Below are positions 46,033 through 56,279 of a stretch of DNA of 64,000 bases, one piece after another. Position numbers and translations under genes: made by a program. Position 1 is the first letter of the stretch; each line of letters begins with the position of its first letter. Source of the stretch: Chthonomonadales bacterium. Lineage in GTDB: Bacteria; Armatimonadota; Chthonomonadetes; Chthonomonadales; CAJBBX01. The stretch is taken from NCBI GenBank assembly GCA_049967475.1, contig JBMFSQ010000019.1:2679-66678 (forward strand). The letters are read 5' to 3'. Under the pieces are notes generated by a model. It saw nothing but the letters and a program-made list of their open reading frames with translations, was not told the DNA's origin and made no database searches.

Positions 46033-47172
46033 ATGGGCACATCTTCCATACAGCGCACCATGATGCCGGAACTAGTCCGCACAGCGCTTTTTGCGGTGGC
46101 AGCAGCCACTCTGATAACCTGTGGAGCAGCCGCCCAGGTGCGCATCAAGGACATCGCCGGGGTGCAGGGAGCCCGCGGCAACCAGCTTGTGGGCTACGGC
46201 CTCGTAGTAGGATTGGAGGGTACGGGTGACAGCAACAGCACCATCTTTACGGCCCAGTCGCTCGTAAATGCCCTCCAGAGAATGGGGGTAACAGTCCCGG
46301 CAGCGGCCGTGAAGGTGAAGAACGTTGCGGCGGTAATGGTCACAGCCGACCTGCCGGCCTTCGTAAAGAACGGGAGCCGCATAGACGTCACCGTAAGCTC
46401 CCTGGGCGATGCCCGGTCCCTGCAAGGGGGGACGCTCATCCAAACGCCGCTGCAAGGGGCAGACGGGCAAGTTTACGCGGTTGCCCAGGGGCCCATCTCG
46501 ATCGGCGGTTTCAACTTTTCGTCCGGAGGGAGCCAAGCTCAGAAGAACCACACGAATGTAGGCCGCATCCCGCAGGGTGCCACCGTAGAGCGCGAGGTTC
46601 CCACATCCATCACAGATGGCCAGACCGTGGAGATCACCCTCAACGAAGGTGACCTCACAACCGCCAGCCGCATCGCCGAGGCAATCAATGCCAAGATCCC
46701 GGCGGCCAACGCCCAACCCCTGGACCCCTATACTGTCCGAGTGGCGATCCCGCCTGCGGAGCGGGGGAATGTCGTCTCGTTCCTCGCCAAGGTCGAGGGC
46801 ATCACGGTAGAGCCGGACACCGTGGCGCGCATCGTCGTGAACGAGCGCACAGGCACCGTAGTCATCGGCGGGGATGTACGGGTGTCTCCATGCGCCATCG
46901 CCCATGGGGATATTCAGGTGAAGGTCGAAAACAACCCCATCGTAGCGATCCCTCCGCCCTTCTCCGAAAACGGAAAGCCTGTGGTGGTGCCCCTCAAAGA
47001 CGTGAGCGTAAAGGAGACGCCGGCGAAGCTGGCCGCGATGCCTGCCACCACCACCGTGGATCAGCTTGTGCGGGCCCTCAATGCTCTGGGGGTGACACCC
47101 AGGGACCTTATCTCCATCCTTCAGGCGATGAAAGCCGCGGGCGGCATCACGGCCGAGATAGAGCTTCAATGA
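46033..47172 (+). CDS. flgI: P-ring protein FlgI
   Basis: RIKDIAGVQGARGNQLVGYGLVVGLEGTGD and a C-terminal LISILQAMKAAGGITAEIE motif. Confidence 0.95.
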   Translation: MGTSSIQRTMMPELVRTALFAVAAATLITCGAAAQVRIKDIAGVQGARGNQLVGYGLVVGLEGTGDSNSTIFTAQSLVNALQRMGVTVPAAAVKVKNVAAVMVTADLPAFVKNGSRIDVTVSSLGDARSLQGGTLIQTPLQGADGQVYAVAQGPISIGGFNFSSGGSQAQKNHTNVGRIPQGATVEREVPTSITDGQTVEITLNEGDLTTASRIAEAINAKIPAANAQPLDPYTVRVAIPPAERGNVVSFLAKVEGITVEPDTVARIVVNERTGTVVIGGDVRVSPCAIAHGDIQVKVENNPIVAIPPPFSENGKPVVVPLKDVSVKETPAKLAAMPATTTVDQLVRALNALGVTPRDLISILQAMKAAGGITAEIELQ

Positions 47173-47209
47173 AGCGCACGCGGCCGGCAAACGGGGACGC
47201 ATTGCGAAA

Positions 47210-47551
47210 ATGAACACAGCCACATCATCCACCGTTCAACGCACTGCAGAGAGCCAGGACCTTCAGATCCGTCAGCAGAAGCTCCGCAAGGCTACGCGCC
47301 AGATGGAGGGTTACTTCGTGGGCATGCTTCTGAAACAGATGCACGAGGCTGATCAGAAGGAAGGTCTCTTCGGCAAAGACAGCGCCTCGGACACGTATCG
47401 CGAGATGTTTTACGACGCCGTGGGCGAGGCGGTAGGCAGCAGGGGCGCCTTCGGAATTGCCGACATGCTCTACAAGGAACTTGCGCCGCGGCTTAAGCTG
47501 GAAGCCGCTGCCGATCAGACCGGCGAGGGGCATGGAGGTACCAAACCGTGA
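47210..47551 (+). CDS. flgJ: Rod-binding protein (FlgJ N-terminal domain only, no hydrolase domain)
   Basis: 113 aa with the Rod-binding pattern YFVGMLLKQM ... EMFYDAVGEAV ... GIADMLYKEL. Confidence 0.75.
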   Translation: MNTATSSTVQRTAESQDLQIRQQKLRKATRQMEGYFVGMLLKQMHEADQKEGLFGKDSASDTYREMFYDAVGEAVGSRGAFGIADMLYKELAPRLKLEAAADQTGEGHGGTKP

Positions 47552-48054
47552 AACCAACGCACGCAGACATTGCACGCCAAGCGCGTATACTCATCGCTGC
47601 TCTGCAGAACGAAGCCGGGCTCCTGCGGCGGATGCTCAGTTTGAGCGGCCTTCTCGAGGATGCCCTCCAGCGCAACGACATCCAGAACATCCTCGCGCTC
47701 GAAGAAGCCATGAGGCGCACCTCGGCCGCAGCCGCATCCTTCGAGAAGGCGCGGACAGCAGCCGTTGAGCTCCTTTCGCGATTGACCGGCTCCAACGGGC
47801 CCAAGCTGGGCGATTTGCTGCCTTCCATCCCGGAACCCGAGGCAGGCACATTGAAGCGGCTGCAGCGCGAGATCCTCACTCTGCACCAGCGCCTGGCCGC
47901 AATGCAGGAAGTAAACCGCGCCTTGAGCGCCAGCGGCCTCAGCACGATGCGAATGTTGCTGCGCCTGTTGACCCACACTGCGATGCAGCCGGCGACGTAC
48001 GGGCATGCCGCAGCCCCTGCCGCAGGCGCCCTGTTCCTGGACCAGAAGGCTTAA
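47548..48054 (+). CDS. flgN: FlgN-family export chaperone (putative)
   Basis: 168-aa helical protein immediately upstream of flgK-flgL, with a FlgN-like heptad pattern (LIAALQNEAGLLRRMLSLSGLLEDAL ... LQREILTLHQRLAAMQEVNRAL). The GTG start overlaps the flgJ stop. Confidence 0.6.
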   Translation: MKPTHADIARQARILIAALQNEAGLLRRMLSLSGLLEDALQRNDIQNILALEEAMRRTSAAAASFEKARTAAVELLSRLTGSNGPKLGDLLPSIPEPEAGTLKRLQREILTLHQRLAAMQEVNRALSASGLSTMRMLLRLLTHTAMQPATYGHAAAPAAGALFLDQKA

Positions 48055-48066
48055 GAGGAGCCGCAA

Positions 48067-49470
48067 ATGCCGGGATCCTTCAATGGCATCGAAATCGGAG
48101 CGCGGGCGTTAACTACCTATCAGGGTCTCATAGACCTGACTGGGCACAACATCGCCAACGTAAACACGCCCGGCTATACACGCCAGCAGGGAGAGATCGA
48201 GGCAACTCCGCCCGATGATCCTCTCAATGGCATTGCCGCGGCCGTAGGTACGGGCGTACAGATTACGGGCATCACCGGCGTGCGCGATCGGTACCTACAG
48301 GGCAGGCTGGATGCCGCCTTGCGGGACCAGAGCCGCTACGACCAGCTCAATTCCACGCTGCAACGGGTGCAGACCGCTTATTCCGAGCCCGGCGCCGGGG
48401 CCATCTCGGATTTGCTGGCGCAATTCTTCAACAGCTTCCAGGCCATATCCGCCAACCCGGAGGATGTGGGGACGCGCCAGGTTGCTCTCAACCAAGCGAA
48501 CGTTTTGGCTGCCCGCTTCCGGACCCTATACGCGGACCTCTCGTCGGCATCCCAGGACGCAGCATCCCAGGTGCGCGACCGTATTGCGGAAGCGAACCAA
48601 CTGGCACGCCAGGTGGCGGATCTCAACGGCCGCATCGCCGCCCTTGCTGCACAAAAGGGCCAATCATCGGATTTGGAGGACGCACGCGATCAGCTCGTTC
48701 AGAAGCTCGGAAAGCTCGTCGGTGCGGAAGCCTCGCCCGCGCGGGATGAACGCGGGAACGCCACCGGCGCATTGAACGTTACAGTTGGCGGGTTTTTGCT
48801 GGTGGATGGCCAAAACGCCGGCGCCCTACCCACAACGACCACCATGGTCGCTGGTATGCCGGCCTTGGGAGATCCGCAGAATGCCTACCCGATGGCCGGA
48901 GGAGAGGTCGCCGCATTGGTCGAAGCCCAGCAGCGCATCGGCGAATATCAGGCGCAACTAAATACCCTGGCCGCTGCGCTGATCAGCCAAGTAAACCAGA
49001 TCCATAAGTCGGGATACGGATTGGACGGAAGTTCCGGCCGAAGCTTTTTCATTGGGAGCAACGCACAGGACATTGCAGTAGACCCTTCCGTCGCGGCAGA
49101 TCCCAAATCCATCGCAGCGGCCTCTCCTCCGCCGGCCGGCAGACCGCCCGCGCCGGGCGATGGGGAAAACGCCCGGGCCATCGCAGACCTTGCTTCGGCG
49201 CATCTGCTCAATGGATCCACACTCTCGGACTTCTATGCCGCCCATGTTGCCCGCATCGGAAGTGACGTGGCAGCCGCTTCAAGCCAGGCGACAAACGCTG
49301 CGGCGCTCTCTCAGCAATTGCAGTCGCTTCGAAGCACAGTGTCCGGCGTGTCCCTTGACGAGGAATTGACCCACATGATCCAGTATCAGCGAGCCTACCA
49401 GGCCGCCGCCCGCATCGTAACGGTAATGGATGACCTCCTCAACCGGGTCATCAACGGAATGGGCCAGTAA
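48067..49470 (+). CDS. flgK: Hook-filament junction protein FlgK (HAP1)
   Basis: N-terminal GHNIANVNTPGYTRQ and C-terminal VSLDEELTHMIQYQRAYQAAARIV. Confidence 0.9.
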   Translation: MPGSFNGIEIGARALTTYQGLIDLTGHNIANVNTPGYTRQQGEIEATPPDDPLNGIAAAVGTGVQITGITGVRDRYLQGRLDAALRDQSRYDQLNSTLQRVQTAYSEPGAGAISDLLAQFFNSFQAISANPEDVGTRQVALNQANVLAARFRTLYADLSSASQDAASQVRDRIAEANQLARQVADLNGRIAALAAQKGQSSDLEDARDQLVQKLGKLVGAEASPARDERGNATGALNVTVGGFLLVDGQNAGALPTTTTMVAGMPALGDPQNAYPMAGGEVAALVEAQQRIGEYQAQLNTLAAALISQVNQIHKSGYGLDGSSGRSFFIGSNAQDIAVDPSVAADPKSIAAASPPPAGRPPAPGDGENARAIADLASAHLLNGSTLSDFYAAHVARIGSDVAAASSQATNAAALSQQLQSLRSTVSGVSLDEELTHMIQYQRAYQAAARIVTVMDDLLNRVINGMGQ

Positions 49471-49518
49471 AACTTTGAGACGCATGGTTTCACCTTAGGG
49501 AACCCAGGTAAACGCGCG

Positions 49519-50412
49519 ATGCGTATCGCAAGCAACATGAGTGTGGAACGCTCCCTGTATGATATGGAGGCTGCAGCCGACCGCCTCACACGGGTACAGG
49601 AGCAGATTAGCAGCGGCAAGCAGCTCAACCGGCCGTCGGACAACCCGGCTCACGTGGGCCAAGACCTGTCGCTGCGGGCAGCGCAATCCAGCATCCGGCA
49701 ATTCCAAAGCAACATCACGAGCGCCCGCGCTTTCGTCGGCACAGCCGATAACGCCCTTTCTCAGGTGACCACGCTCCTGCGGCAGGCCCGCCAGCTTGCT
49801 GTGCAAGGGGCTACGGACACCCTGGATCCCACGGCTCGCCAAGGGCTCGCAGACCAGGTGACCTCTATCCTCAAACAAATCGCCAGCATCGGCAATACCC
49901 AGTTGGGCGATCGCTATGTGTTCGCGGGCCGCAGGACCACAACGCCCCCCTTCCAGGCGACTGGAAACCAGGTGACCTATGTGGGAGGGACCGCTTCCTC
50001 CGGAGACGGAGCCATCAACGTGGAGATTGCGCCGGGTGAGGTCATGCAGATCAACGCGACAGGGGACCAAGCCTTTCAGGGGATCTTCGCCGCACTCGGC
50101 CAATTGGCGGATCACCTGGCCACAGGGCAAGTGTCCGTTCTCTCGCGGGAAGACCTTGCCGCGATAGACGGGGCGATCGCCAATGTCAACGGCGTGCGCG
50201 CCGTCTTCGGCGTGAACGTTCAACGCCTCGATCAAACGAAGGCACGTCTGGACGACGCATCAGCCGCCATGACGGCGCTCCAGAGCAAGATCGAGGACGC
50301 CGACATCCCGCAAGCAGTGGTTGCCCTGAACGAGGCGCAAAATGCCTATCAGGCGGCCCTGGCGGCAACAGCCCGCGGCTTTCAGCAGAGTTTGCTCGAT
50401 TTCCTGAAGTGA
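49519..50412 (+). CDS. flgL: Hook-filament junction protein FlgL (HAP3)
   Basis: Flagellin-N-like start MRIASNMSVERSLYDM ... QISSGKQLNRPSDNPA and a flagellin-C-like end. Confidence 0.85.
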   Translation: MRIASNMSVERSLYDMEAAADRLTRVQEQISSGKQLNRPSDNPAHVGQDLSLRAAQSSIRQFQSNITSARAFVGTADNALSQVTTLLRQARQLAVQGATDTLDPTARQGLADQVTSILKQIASIGNTQLGDRYVFAGRRTTTPPFQATGNQVTYVGGTASSGDGAINVEIAPGEVMQINATGDQAFQGIFAALGQLADHLATGQVSVLSREDLAAIDGAIANVNGVRAVFGVNVQRLDQTKARLDDASAAMTALQSKIEDADIPQAVVALNEAQNAYQAALAATARGFQQSLLDFLK

Positions 50413-50479
50413 CCAGAGGCATTCCGCTGTAAAGGCGGAGGACGCCCTCCGCACATAAAACCAACAAGGAGACGACACC

Positions 50480-50965
50480 GTGGCACAAGCAACCAGACGC
50501 CGCACACTTCATGTAAACACCACCCGGTTCGGGCCTGTTGAAGTAAGTGAGAAGGCGGTAATCACCTTCCCCAATGGGCTCATCGGCTTCGAGCAATTCC
50601 ACCGTTTCGTGCTTCTGGAAGCGCAGGAAACCAGCCCGATCCAGTGGCTTCAATCTGTGGAAGACGGTTCGCTGGCCTTCCCGGTGATCAACCCGTGGGA
50701 TGTGCGCCCAGACTATACCCCGTTGATCAGCGCCGGCGACACGCAGGCTCTGGATCTGGAAGAGGACACGCCTCGTGCAGTTTTGGCCATCGTGACGATC
50801 CCGCGGCAGGACCCACGGCAGATCACTGTGAACCTTCTTGGGCCCATCCTCATCAACATGCACACGCGTACGGCCCGCCAGATCGTCGTAGAGAACGCGG
50901 AGTACACCACACGCCACCGCATCGCAGATGCTCCAGCCGAAGCTTTGGCTCAGCAGGCGGCGTGA
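50480..50965 (+). CDS. fliW: Flagellar assembly factor FliW (CsrA antagonist)
   Basis: ITFPNGLIGFEQFHRFVLL ... LAFPVINPW. GTG start with AAGGAG 8 nt upstream. It is adjacent to csrA. Confidence 0.9.
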   Translation: MAQATRRRTLHVNTTRFGPVEVSEKAVITFPNGLIGFEQFHRFVLLEAQETSPIQWLQSVEDGSLAFPVINPWDVRPDYTPLISAGDTQALDLEEDTPRAVLAIVTIPRQDPRQITVNLLGPILINMHTRTARQIVVENAEYTTRHRIADAPAEALAQQAA

Positions 50966-51076
50966 GAAGGAAAACCACACTGCAAGTGGTGAATAAGCGG
51001 CCGTGTGCACCTGCGTGGCTTCTCCGCGCGGGTAGCACGGTTCAGCTCCACTCTGTTGGACCACGGAGGGTGAAGG

Positions 51077-51313
51077 ATGCTGGTTCTAACCCGAAAGCCC
51101 GACCAAAGCATCATGGTGGGCGGCGACATCGAGATCACGATCCTCGAGGTCCGCGGCGAGCAGGTGCGCGTGGGCATTCGCGCCCCGCGGGATGTGGTGA
51201 TCCACCGCAAAGAAATCTTCGAGCAGATCCGGGAAGAGAATACATCGGCGGCGCAAGCGGAACCTGTTCCGGAGATTGAGGACCTCATCGCGAACAAGGC
51301 GCACTCGGATTGA
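51077..51313 (+). CDS. csrA: Carbon storage regulator CsrA
   Basis: MLVLTRKPDQSIMVGGDIEITILEVRGEQVRVGIRAPRDVVIHRKEI, a near-canonical CsrA sequence. Confidence 0.95.
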   Translation: MLVLTRKPDQSIMVGGDIEITILEVRGEQVRVGIRAPRDVVIHRKEIFEQIREENTSAAQAEPVPEIEDLIANKAHSD

Positions 51314-51396
51314 GCCGGTCAACGTCAATCCCGGGTTGACACAGCGGAAGCATCGCGCCATCGCCCAGGAGCATCTGGTAGGGTACACTCTTCAGC

Positions 51397-52686
51397 ATGA
51401 CGACTGCCCAGAGTTCCAGACCGGCGCGTTCTCCACTGTTTATTCTCTTTATTACCGTTGCAATTGATCTACTCGGTTTCGGCATCATTCTGCCGCTCCT
51501 GCCGCTGTATGTAAAGCAGTTCGGGGGCTCGCCCGTCATGGCAGGGTGGCTCACGGCTTCCTATTCGGTGATGCAGTTCCTTTTTGCACCGATATGGGGC
51601 CGCCTGTCGGACCTGCACGGCCGCCGCCCGCTCATCCTAATGAGCCTCGTAGGGTCGGCCATCACCTTCTTGCTCTTTGGTTTGGCCACGCACCTGTGGG
51701 TCCTCTTTGCCGCACGGATCGCAGCCGGCATCACCACCGCGGCGAGCCTTCCCACAGCCCAAGCCTACATTGCAGACGTAACCACTCCGGAACGACGCGC
51801 CCGCGGCATGGCCATGATCGGCGTGGCATTCGGCATCGGGTTTGCCGTAGGCCCGTGGATCGGCGGCTTCCTCGGGCGCTACAGCCTGGCGCTCCCAGCG
51901 TTTTTTGTGGCTGGCATGGCTGGGGTCAACTTCATCTGGTCCTTCATCGCCCTGCCGGAATCCCATGTCACCGGGCGCGATCCCGGTCATGCCCGCAAGG
52001 TGGTCCTCCTAGACACGGCGCGCTTCGCAGAGGTATTCCGCACGCCGGCCCTGAGCGAGCTCCTCACCCTCTTCTCCTTCTCGACGTTCGCCTTTGCACT
52101 CATGGAGGCCACCTTCACCTGGCTCGTACTCTACAATTTCGTGGGACCGGCGCATCACATAGACGTACGCAGCCCGCACATTGCCCGGCCGGTTCTGGAG
52201 TTCCTTCAGAGCAGCGCAGCCGCAACGGTGGGTCCCATGTTCGGCATCGTGGGGATCACTGCGGTGATCTCTCAGGGTGCGGTGATGGGAGGGCTCGCAC
52301 AGCGAGTGGGGGAAGTGCGCCTCATCTGGGCTGGAGCCCTTATTCTTATAGCAGCGCTCGTAGGGATCGCCGTGACGCACAGTATCGTGGTCGTTACGGT
52401 TTTGGCCGCGCTCCTGGCTGTGGGCAACGGGGTGATGACGCCCTCCGTGTCCAGCATGATCTCGAAGGCAGCCGATCCGCGGCGCAAGGGAGGCGTGCTC
52501 GGCGTTCAGCAATCCCTAAGCAGCTTCAGCCGCATCATCGCGCCTCCCTTAGGCACCTGGTTACTGCAGCGCTTCAGCCCAGCAGCCCCCTACCTGCTCT
52601 CCGCCGTCCTTATGGCCATCGCCTTTATCCTGAGCCTGAACCTTCCACGGCTCCCCATTGGGGAAGCAGCCGGTACAGGTGCCTAG
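51397..52686 (+). CDS. MFS transporter (drug:H+ antiporter-like)
   Basis: About 12 TM helices and the MFS motif A region GRLSDLHGRRPLIL. Confidence 0.85.
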   Translation: MTTAQSSRPARSPLFILFITVAIDLLGFGIILPLLPLYVKQFGGSPVMAGWLTASYSVMQFLFAPIWGRLSDLHGRRPLILMSLVGSAITFLLFGLATHLWVLFAARIAAGITTAASLPTAQAYIADVTTPERRARGMAMIGVAFGIGFAVGPWIGGFLGRYSLALPAFFVAGMAGVNFIWSFIALPESHVTGRDPGHARKVVLLDTARFAEVFRTPALSELLTLFSFSTFAFALMEATFTWLVLYNFVGPAHHIDVRSPHIARPVLEFLQSSAAATVGPMFGIVGITAVISQGAVMGGLAQRVGEVRLIWAGALILIAALVGIAVTHSIVVVTVLAALLAVGNGVMTPSVSSMISKAADPRRKGGVLGVQQSLSSFSRIIAPPLGTWLLQRFSPAAPYLLSAVLMAIAFILSLNLPRLPIGEAAGTGA

Positions 52687-52701
52687 ATCTGCCCGTCACC
52701 G

Positions 52702-53964
52702 CTAAGGTGCAGGGATCAATTCAAAATGGCGGGGTCGCGGTAGGGCGGCAGCCCGTTGTTCCTTCACGATATCCGCTTCGAAGGCATCCAGTTCAGCCAG
52801 AGCTTTATGGATGTGGGGATCCTTCTCTCCCTGCAGAGGCACCTGCACAGAGCGCCAGCGCAAAAAATGTATGTTGTTGTGTTTGACCGTCAATGCATAC
52901 ACCTGGGCGGCCTGGCGCGCCATGGGCGTGGCGTACTGCGCAAGGTTTATGCCGGCGGCCAGCTCCTCACGTGTAAAGGTCCCGATCGTCTCGCCGTCTA
53001 TCTTCAGCGTCCAGCGCGGCACATCCAGATTTGCTACTACCAAGGGTTCCTGGTCCAGCGCCTCCATGAAATCCGAAGAGCGCACTGCAAGGGCTGTTAC
53101 AGGGTCGTTCCAATCCACGGGCATGGGCAGTGCATCGTCGGTCTGCGTCCACGTAATGGATGGGCCGAAGTGCAGGTTAGTTACGCGGGTTGATGCGGCA
53201 TCAACTAACTGTTTGCTCGCGGCATCCAGCTTCACCGATGCCACCAGGGAGGGTGCATTCCATGCCTTGAGCAAACACTCCGCCATAATCAGGTGGCCGC
53301 CGGGCCCGGGATGGACCCGATCTGGGATGATCTTTTGCGCCAAGGCGGGGTCTGTGGCATATGCCGCCCTCAGCATGGCCACCATGGGGGAGTTCAGATC
53401 CGCCACGGTGAGGTGGTCGTCGCGGGCGAGCTGTTTGACGAATTCCCCGTACCGCACGAGGACCGAGTTATATCCCCCAGGGAAGTTGGGCTTCCGGGTC
53501 ACATCGTCGAAGGGCGAGGGCTGGATCACCGTGATGCGGATGCCGGGAACCGCAGCCTTCATCTTGTCAATGATATGGCGGTATCCGTCGGCGTACGTGC
53601 GGAAGAGGTTTTCGTCGAAGGGCCTGTATCCCCCGTCGTTCATTCCGAGCATAATCGTCATCACAGTGGGGTGGTAGGCGATGACGTCTCGTTCCAGCCG
53701 AAGGTCAATCGGACCGCCTCCTCCGCCGGTAACCCTGTCGCCTCCCCAGCCCGAATGCACGAACGTAACGGGCATTTTCGGGAAGCGCGTTACCACGTAC
53801 GTCTCGGTGAAGACGGTATACAAGCGCTGGTCTGTGATGGAGTCTCCATAGAAGACCACGCGATCGCCGCTGTGCAGGGCAAAGGGAGCCTGCGCCAAGA
53901 CGGCGGCCGCCTGAAGGAACAACGCGGTTGCGGCTACAAACAACCATCGCGATTTCGTCGTCAT
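52702..53964 (-). CDS. Secreted SGNH/GDSL hydrolase family protein
   Basis: Signal peptide, block I FYGDSITD, and a later GGDR-type block. An extra C-terminal domain is present. Confidence 0.75.
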   Translation of the reverse strand: MTTKSRWLFVAATALFLQAAAVLAQAPFALHSGDRVVFYGDSITDQRLYTVFTETYVVTRFPKMPVTFVHSGWGGDRVTGGGGGPIDLRLERDVIAYHPTVMTIMLGMNDGGYRPFDENLFRTYADGYRHIIDKMKAAVPGIRITVIQPSPFDDVTRKPNFPGGYNSVLVRYGEFVKQLARDDHLTVADLNSPMVAMLRAAYATDPALAQKIIPDRVHPGPGGHLIMAECLLKAWNAPSLVASVKLDAASKQLVDAASTRVTNLHFGPSITWTQTDDALPMPVDWNDPVTALAVRSSDFMEALDQEPLVVANLDVPRWTLKIDGETIGTFTREELAAGINLAQYATPMARQAAQVYALTVKHNNIHFLRWRSVQVPLQGEKDPHIHKALAELDAFEADIVKEQRAAALPRPRHFELIPAP

Positions 53965-54006
53965 AGAACCCTCCGCGTGCGAAAGAGATCCGCAGACATC
54001 GTCGCC

Positions 54007-56049
54007 CTAACCGCGCCCCAAGAGGCGAAGGGCGCGCTCCGCGATGTGCCTGGGTGTGAAACCGAATTCCTCCAGCAGAACTTCCATGGGCGCCGAGGCG
54101 CCGAAGTGGTCGAGGCCGATGACTTCCCCGTCCGTACCTACGAAGCGGTGCCAGCCCAAAGGTGAGCCTGCCTCCACAGCGAGCTTCTTGACATCGGGAG
54201 GCAACACCTGGCGGCGATAATCCTCATCCTGCGCATCAAACAGCTCCCAAGACGGCATGGACACGACGCTGGCCCGCACGCCCTGTGCGCCAAGAAGTTT
54301 GGATGCCTCAACCGCGGCGGACACTTCCGAGCCCGAGGCGATGAGCACCACATCAGGCGTGCCGCCTGGGGCCTCGACGAGGATGTACGCCCCCTTGCGC
54401 AAGCCGGATGCAGGCCCCATGGACGCACGGTCCAACGTAGGAAGCTTTTGCCGTGTGAGGATCAGCGCAACGGGACCGGAGGTATGCTCCACCGCCGCAC
54501 GCCAGGCTTCTGCCGCCTCGTTGGCGTCTGCCGGGCGAATGGTGACCATGTGAGGAGTGGCGCGCAATGCCGCAAGCTGTTCCACGGGTTGGTGGGTAGG
54601 CCCATCCTCTCCCAAGGCGATGCTGTCGTGCGTAAAAACGTAGATGACGGGCAGCTCCATCAATGCCGAGAGGCGAAGCGCCGGCCGCAGATAGTCCACA
54701 AAGTTGAAGAATGTAGCCACGAAGGGCCGCAATCCGCCGTGGGCTGCGATGCCGTTGGCTGCGGCGGCCATGGCATGTTCCCGAACCCCGAAGTGCACAT
54801 TGCGGCCCTCGTACCCCCATACGCCACCCACAGCGCCTTCCGGGGTCGAAGAGGGAGGCGGAGGAGCCTCCAGATCCCCAAGACCTTTGAGCGCCGTCTC
54901 GGTAGAGGAATTGAGATCGGCGGATCCCCCAAGGAGGGCCGGGTAGTTTGGGGCAATGGTGTTGAGAACCTTACCCGCCGATGCGCGTGTGGCCAGGGCT
55001 TCGCCGCCAGGGAATGTGGGGATGTCCCGATCCCATCCCTCCGGCGGCGTGCCGTTCCAAGCCGCCTCCCATTCCCGGGCAAGATCAGGCTCGGCCTCGC
55101 GCCACGCCTCCAAGCGCAGGCGCCATTCCTCCTCTGCCTGTGCCCCACGCTCGACTGCCTTGCGGAAGTTCTTCAGCGCCTCGTCGGGAATATAGAATTC
55201 CGGCTCTTCCGGCCATCCCAACGCCCTCTTGGTGGCCTTCACCTCATCCACGCCCAACGGCGAACCGTGGGCCTTGGCGCTATCCTGCTTGTGGGGGGAT
55301 CCATAGCCGATGTGAGTGCGAACACAAATAAGCGACGGGCGGCCTGTCTCGGCCCGTGCTTGATGAAGGGCCCGGTCAATGGCTTCCAGATCGTTGCCAT
55401 CCTCTACACGCTGAACATGCCAGTGGTATGCCTCGAAGCGGCGCGCTACGTCTTCGGTAAAGCAGATATGGGTGCTGCCGTCCAGGGAGATGCCGTTATC
55501 ATCATAGAGCACGATGAGCTTCCCCAAACGAAGGTGGCCGGCCAGCGACGCAGCCTCCGACGCCACCCCTTCCATCATGTCGCCGTCCGATGCAAGCACG
55601 TACGTATAGTGGTCCACAATCGTATGGCCGGGCCGATTGTAGCGGGCTGCAAGGTGGGCTTCCGCCATAGCCATACCCACGGCTGTGGCGATGCCTTGCC
55701 CCAGGGGGCCCGTAGTCGTCTCTACGCCGATGTCCAGATCCCTCTCGGGATGTCCCGGTGTGCGGCTCCCCCACTGCCGAAAGCGTTTGATCTCGTCCAG
55801 AGAGAGGTCGTACCCGGTCAGATGGAGAAGGCTGTATAGGAGCATGGATCCGTGGCCTGCCGAGAGCACGAAGCGGTCCCTATCGGGCCAGCGCGGATTG
55901 CGAGGGTTGTGCTTGAGATGGCGGCTGAAAAGCACGTAGGCCATGGGAGCAGCTCCCAGCGGCAAACCGGGATGGCCGGAATTCGCCCTCTGCACGCCGT
56001 CTACAGAAAGAAAGCGGATGGTATTTACGCACAGTTCATCCAGCGACAT
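54007..56049 (-). CDS. tkt: Transketolase
   Basis: 680 aa with an N-terminal [20 protein letters not shown] motif and a ThDP-binding GDG...N region. Confidence 0.95.
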   Translation of the reverse strand: MSLDELCVNTIRFLSVDGVQRANSGHPGLPLGAAPMAYVLFSRHLKHNPRNPRWPDRDRFVLSAGHGSMLLYSLLHLTGYDLSLDEIKRFRQWGSRTPGHPERDLDIGVETTTGPLGQGIATAVGMAMAEAHLAARYNRPGHTIVDHYTYVLASDGDMMEGVASEAASLAGHLRLGKLIVLYDDNGISLDGSTHICFTEDVARRFEAYHWHVQRVEDGNDLEAIDRALHQARAETGRPSLICVRTHIGYGSPHKQDSAKAHGSPLGVDEVKATKRALGWPEEPEFYIPDEALKNFRKAVERGAQAEEEWRLRLEAWREAEPDLAREWEAAWNGTPPEGWDRDIPTFPGGEALATRASAGKVLNTIAPNYPALLGGSADLNSSTETALKGLGDLEAPPPPSSTPEGAVGGVWGYEGRNVHFGVREHAMAAAANGIAAHGGLRPFVATFFNFVDYLRPALRLSALMELPVIYVFTHDSIALGEDGPTHQPVEQLAALRATPHMVTIRPADANEAAEAWRAAVEHTSGPVALILTRQKLPTLDRASMGPASGLRKGAYILVEAPGGTPDVVLIASGSEVSAAVEASKLLGAQGVRASVVSMPSWELFDAQDEDYRRQVLPPDVKKLAVEAGSPLGWHRFVGTDGEVIGLDHFGASAPMEVLLEEFGFTPRHIAERALRLLGRG

Positions 56050-56279
56050 TTGAGTACCTCACCGGGGAGCAGCAGATTTGACGGGAGCCGAGGCTCATGC
56101 CGCTATGGGAACCAATGTGGCCTTCCCACAGCGCCAAGTGGTCCTTTGCTCACGGCAAGAGCGTACCCTACGACACGCCGGGCGTGCAACTGAATGATGG
56201 TACGGCGCCTGCGCCGAGATGCGCGCTCGACTTTGCGGCAGTGCCTCCAGCAAGCCGGATCGCCCATTTTGAGAAACCC

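Noticed and set aside
49744-49751. Exact GCCGATAA octamers elsewhere: 49744-49751 (+), 28489-28496 (+), 62659-62666 (+), 5574-5581 (+), 39033-40 (-) and 26550-57 (-).
   Set aside because: Most lie inside coding regions where they encode Ala-Asp-Lys/Asn, for example the conserved IADNIAN of flgB. None has a TCAAG-type -35. The octamer alone is too frequent to call a promoter.
50435-50452. Hairpin GCGGAGG-acgc-CCTCCGC after the flgL stop, considered as a terminator.
   Set aside because: No U-tract follows (the sequence continues ACAUAAAACC), and fliW starts 28 nt later with a good SD. It is more likely a neutral or mRNA-stability structure.
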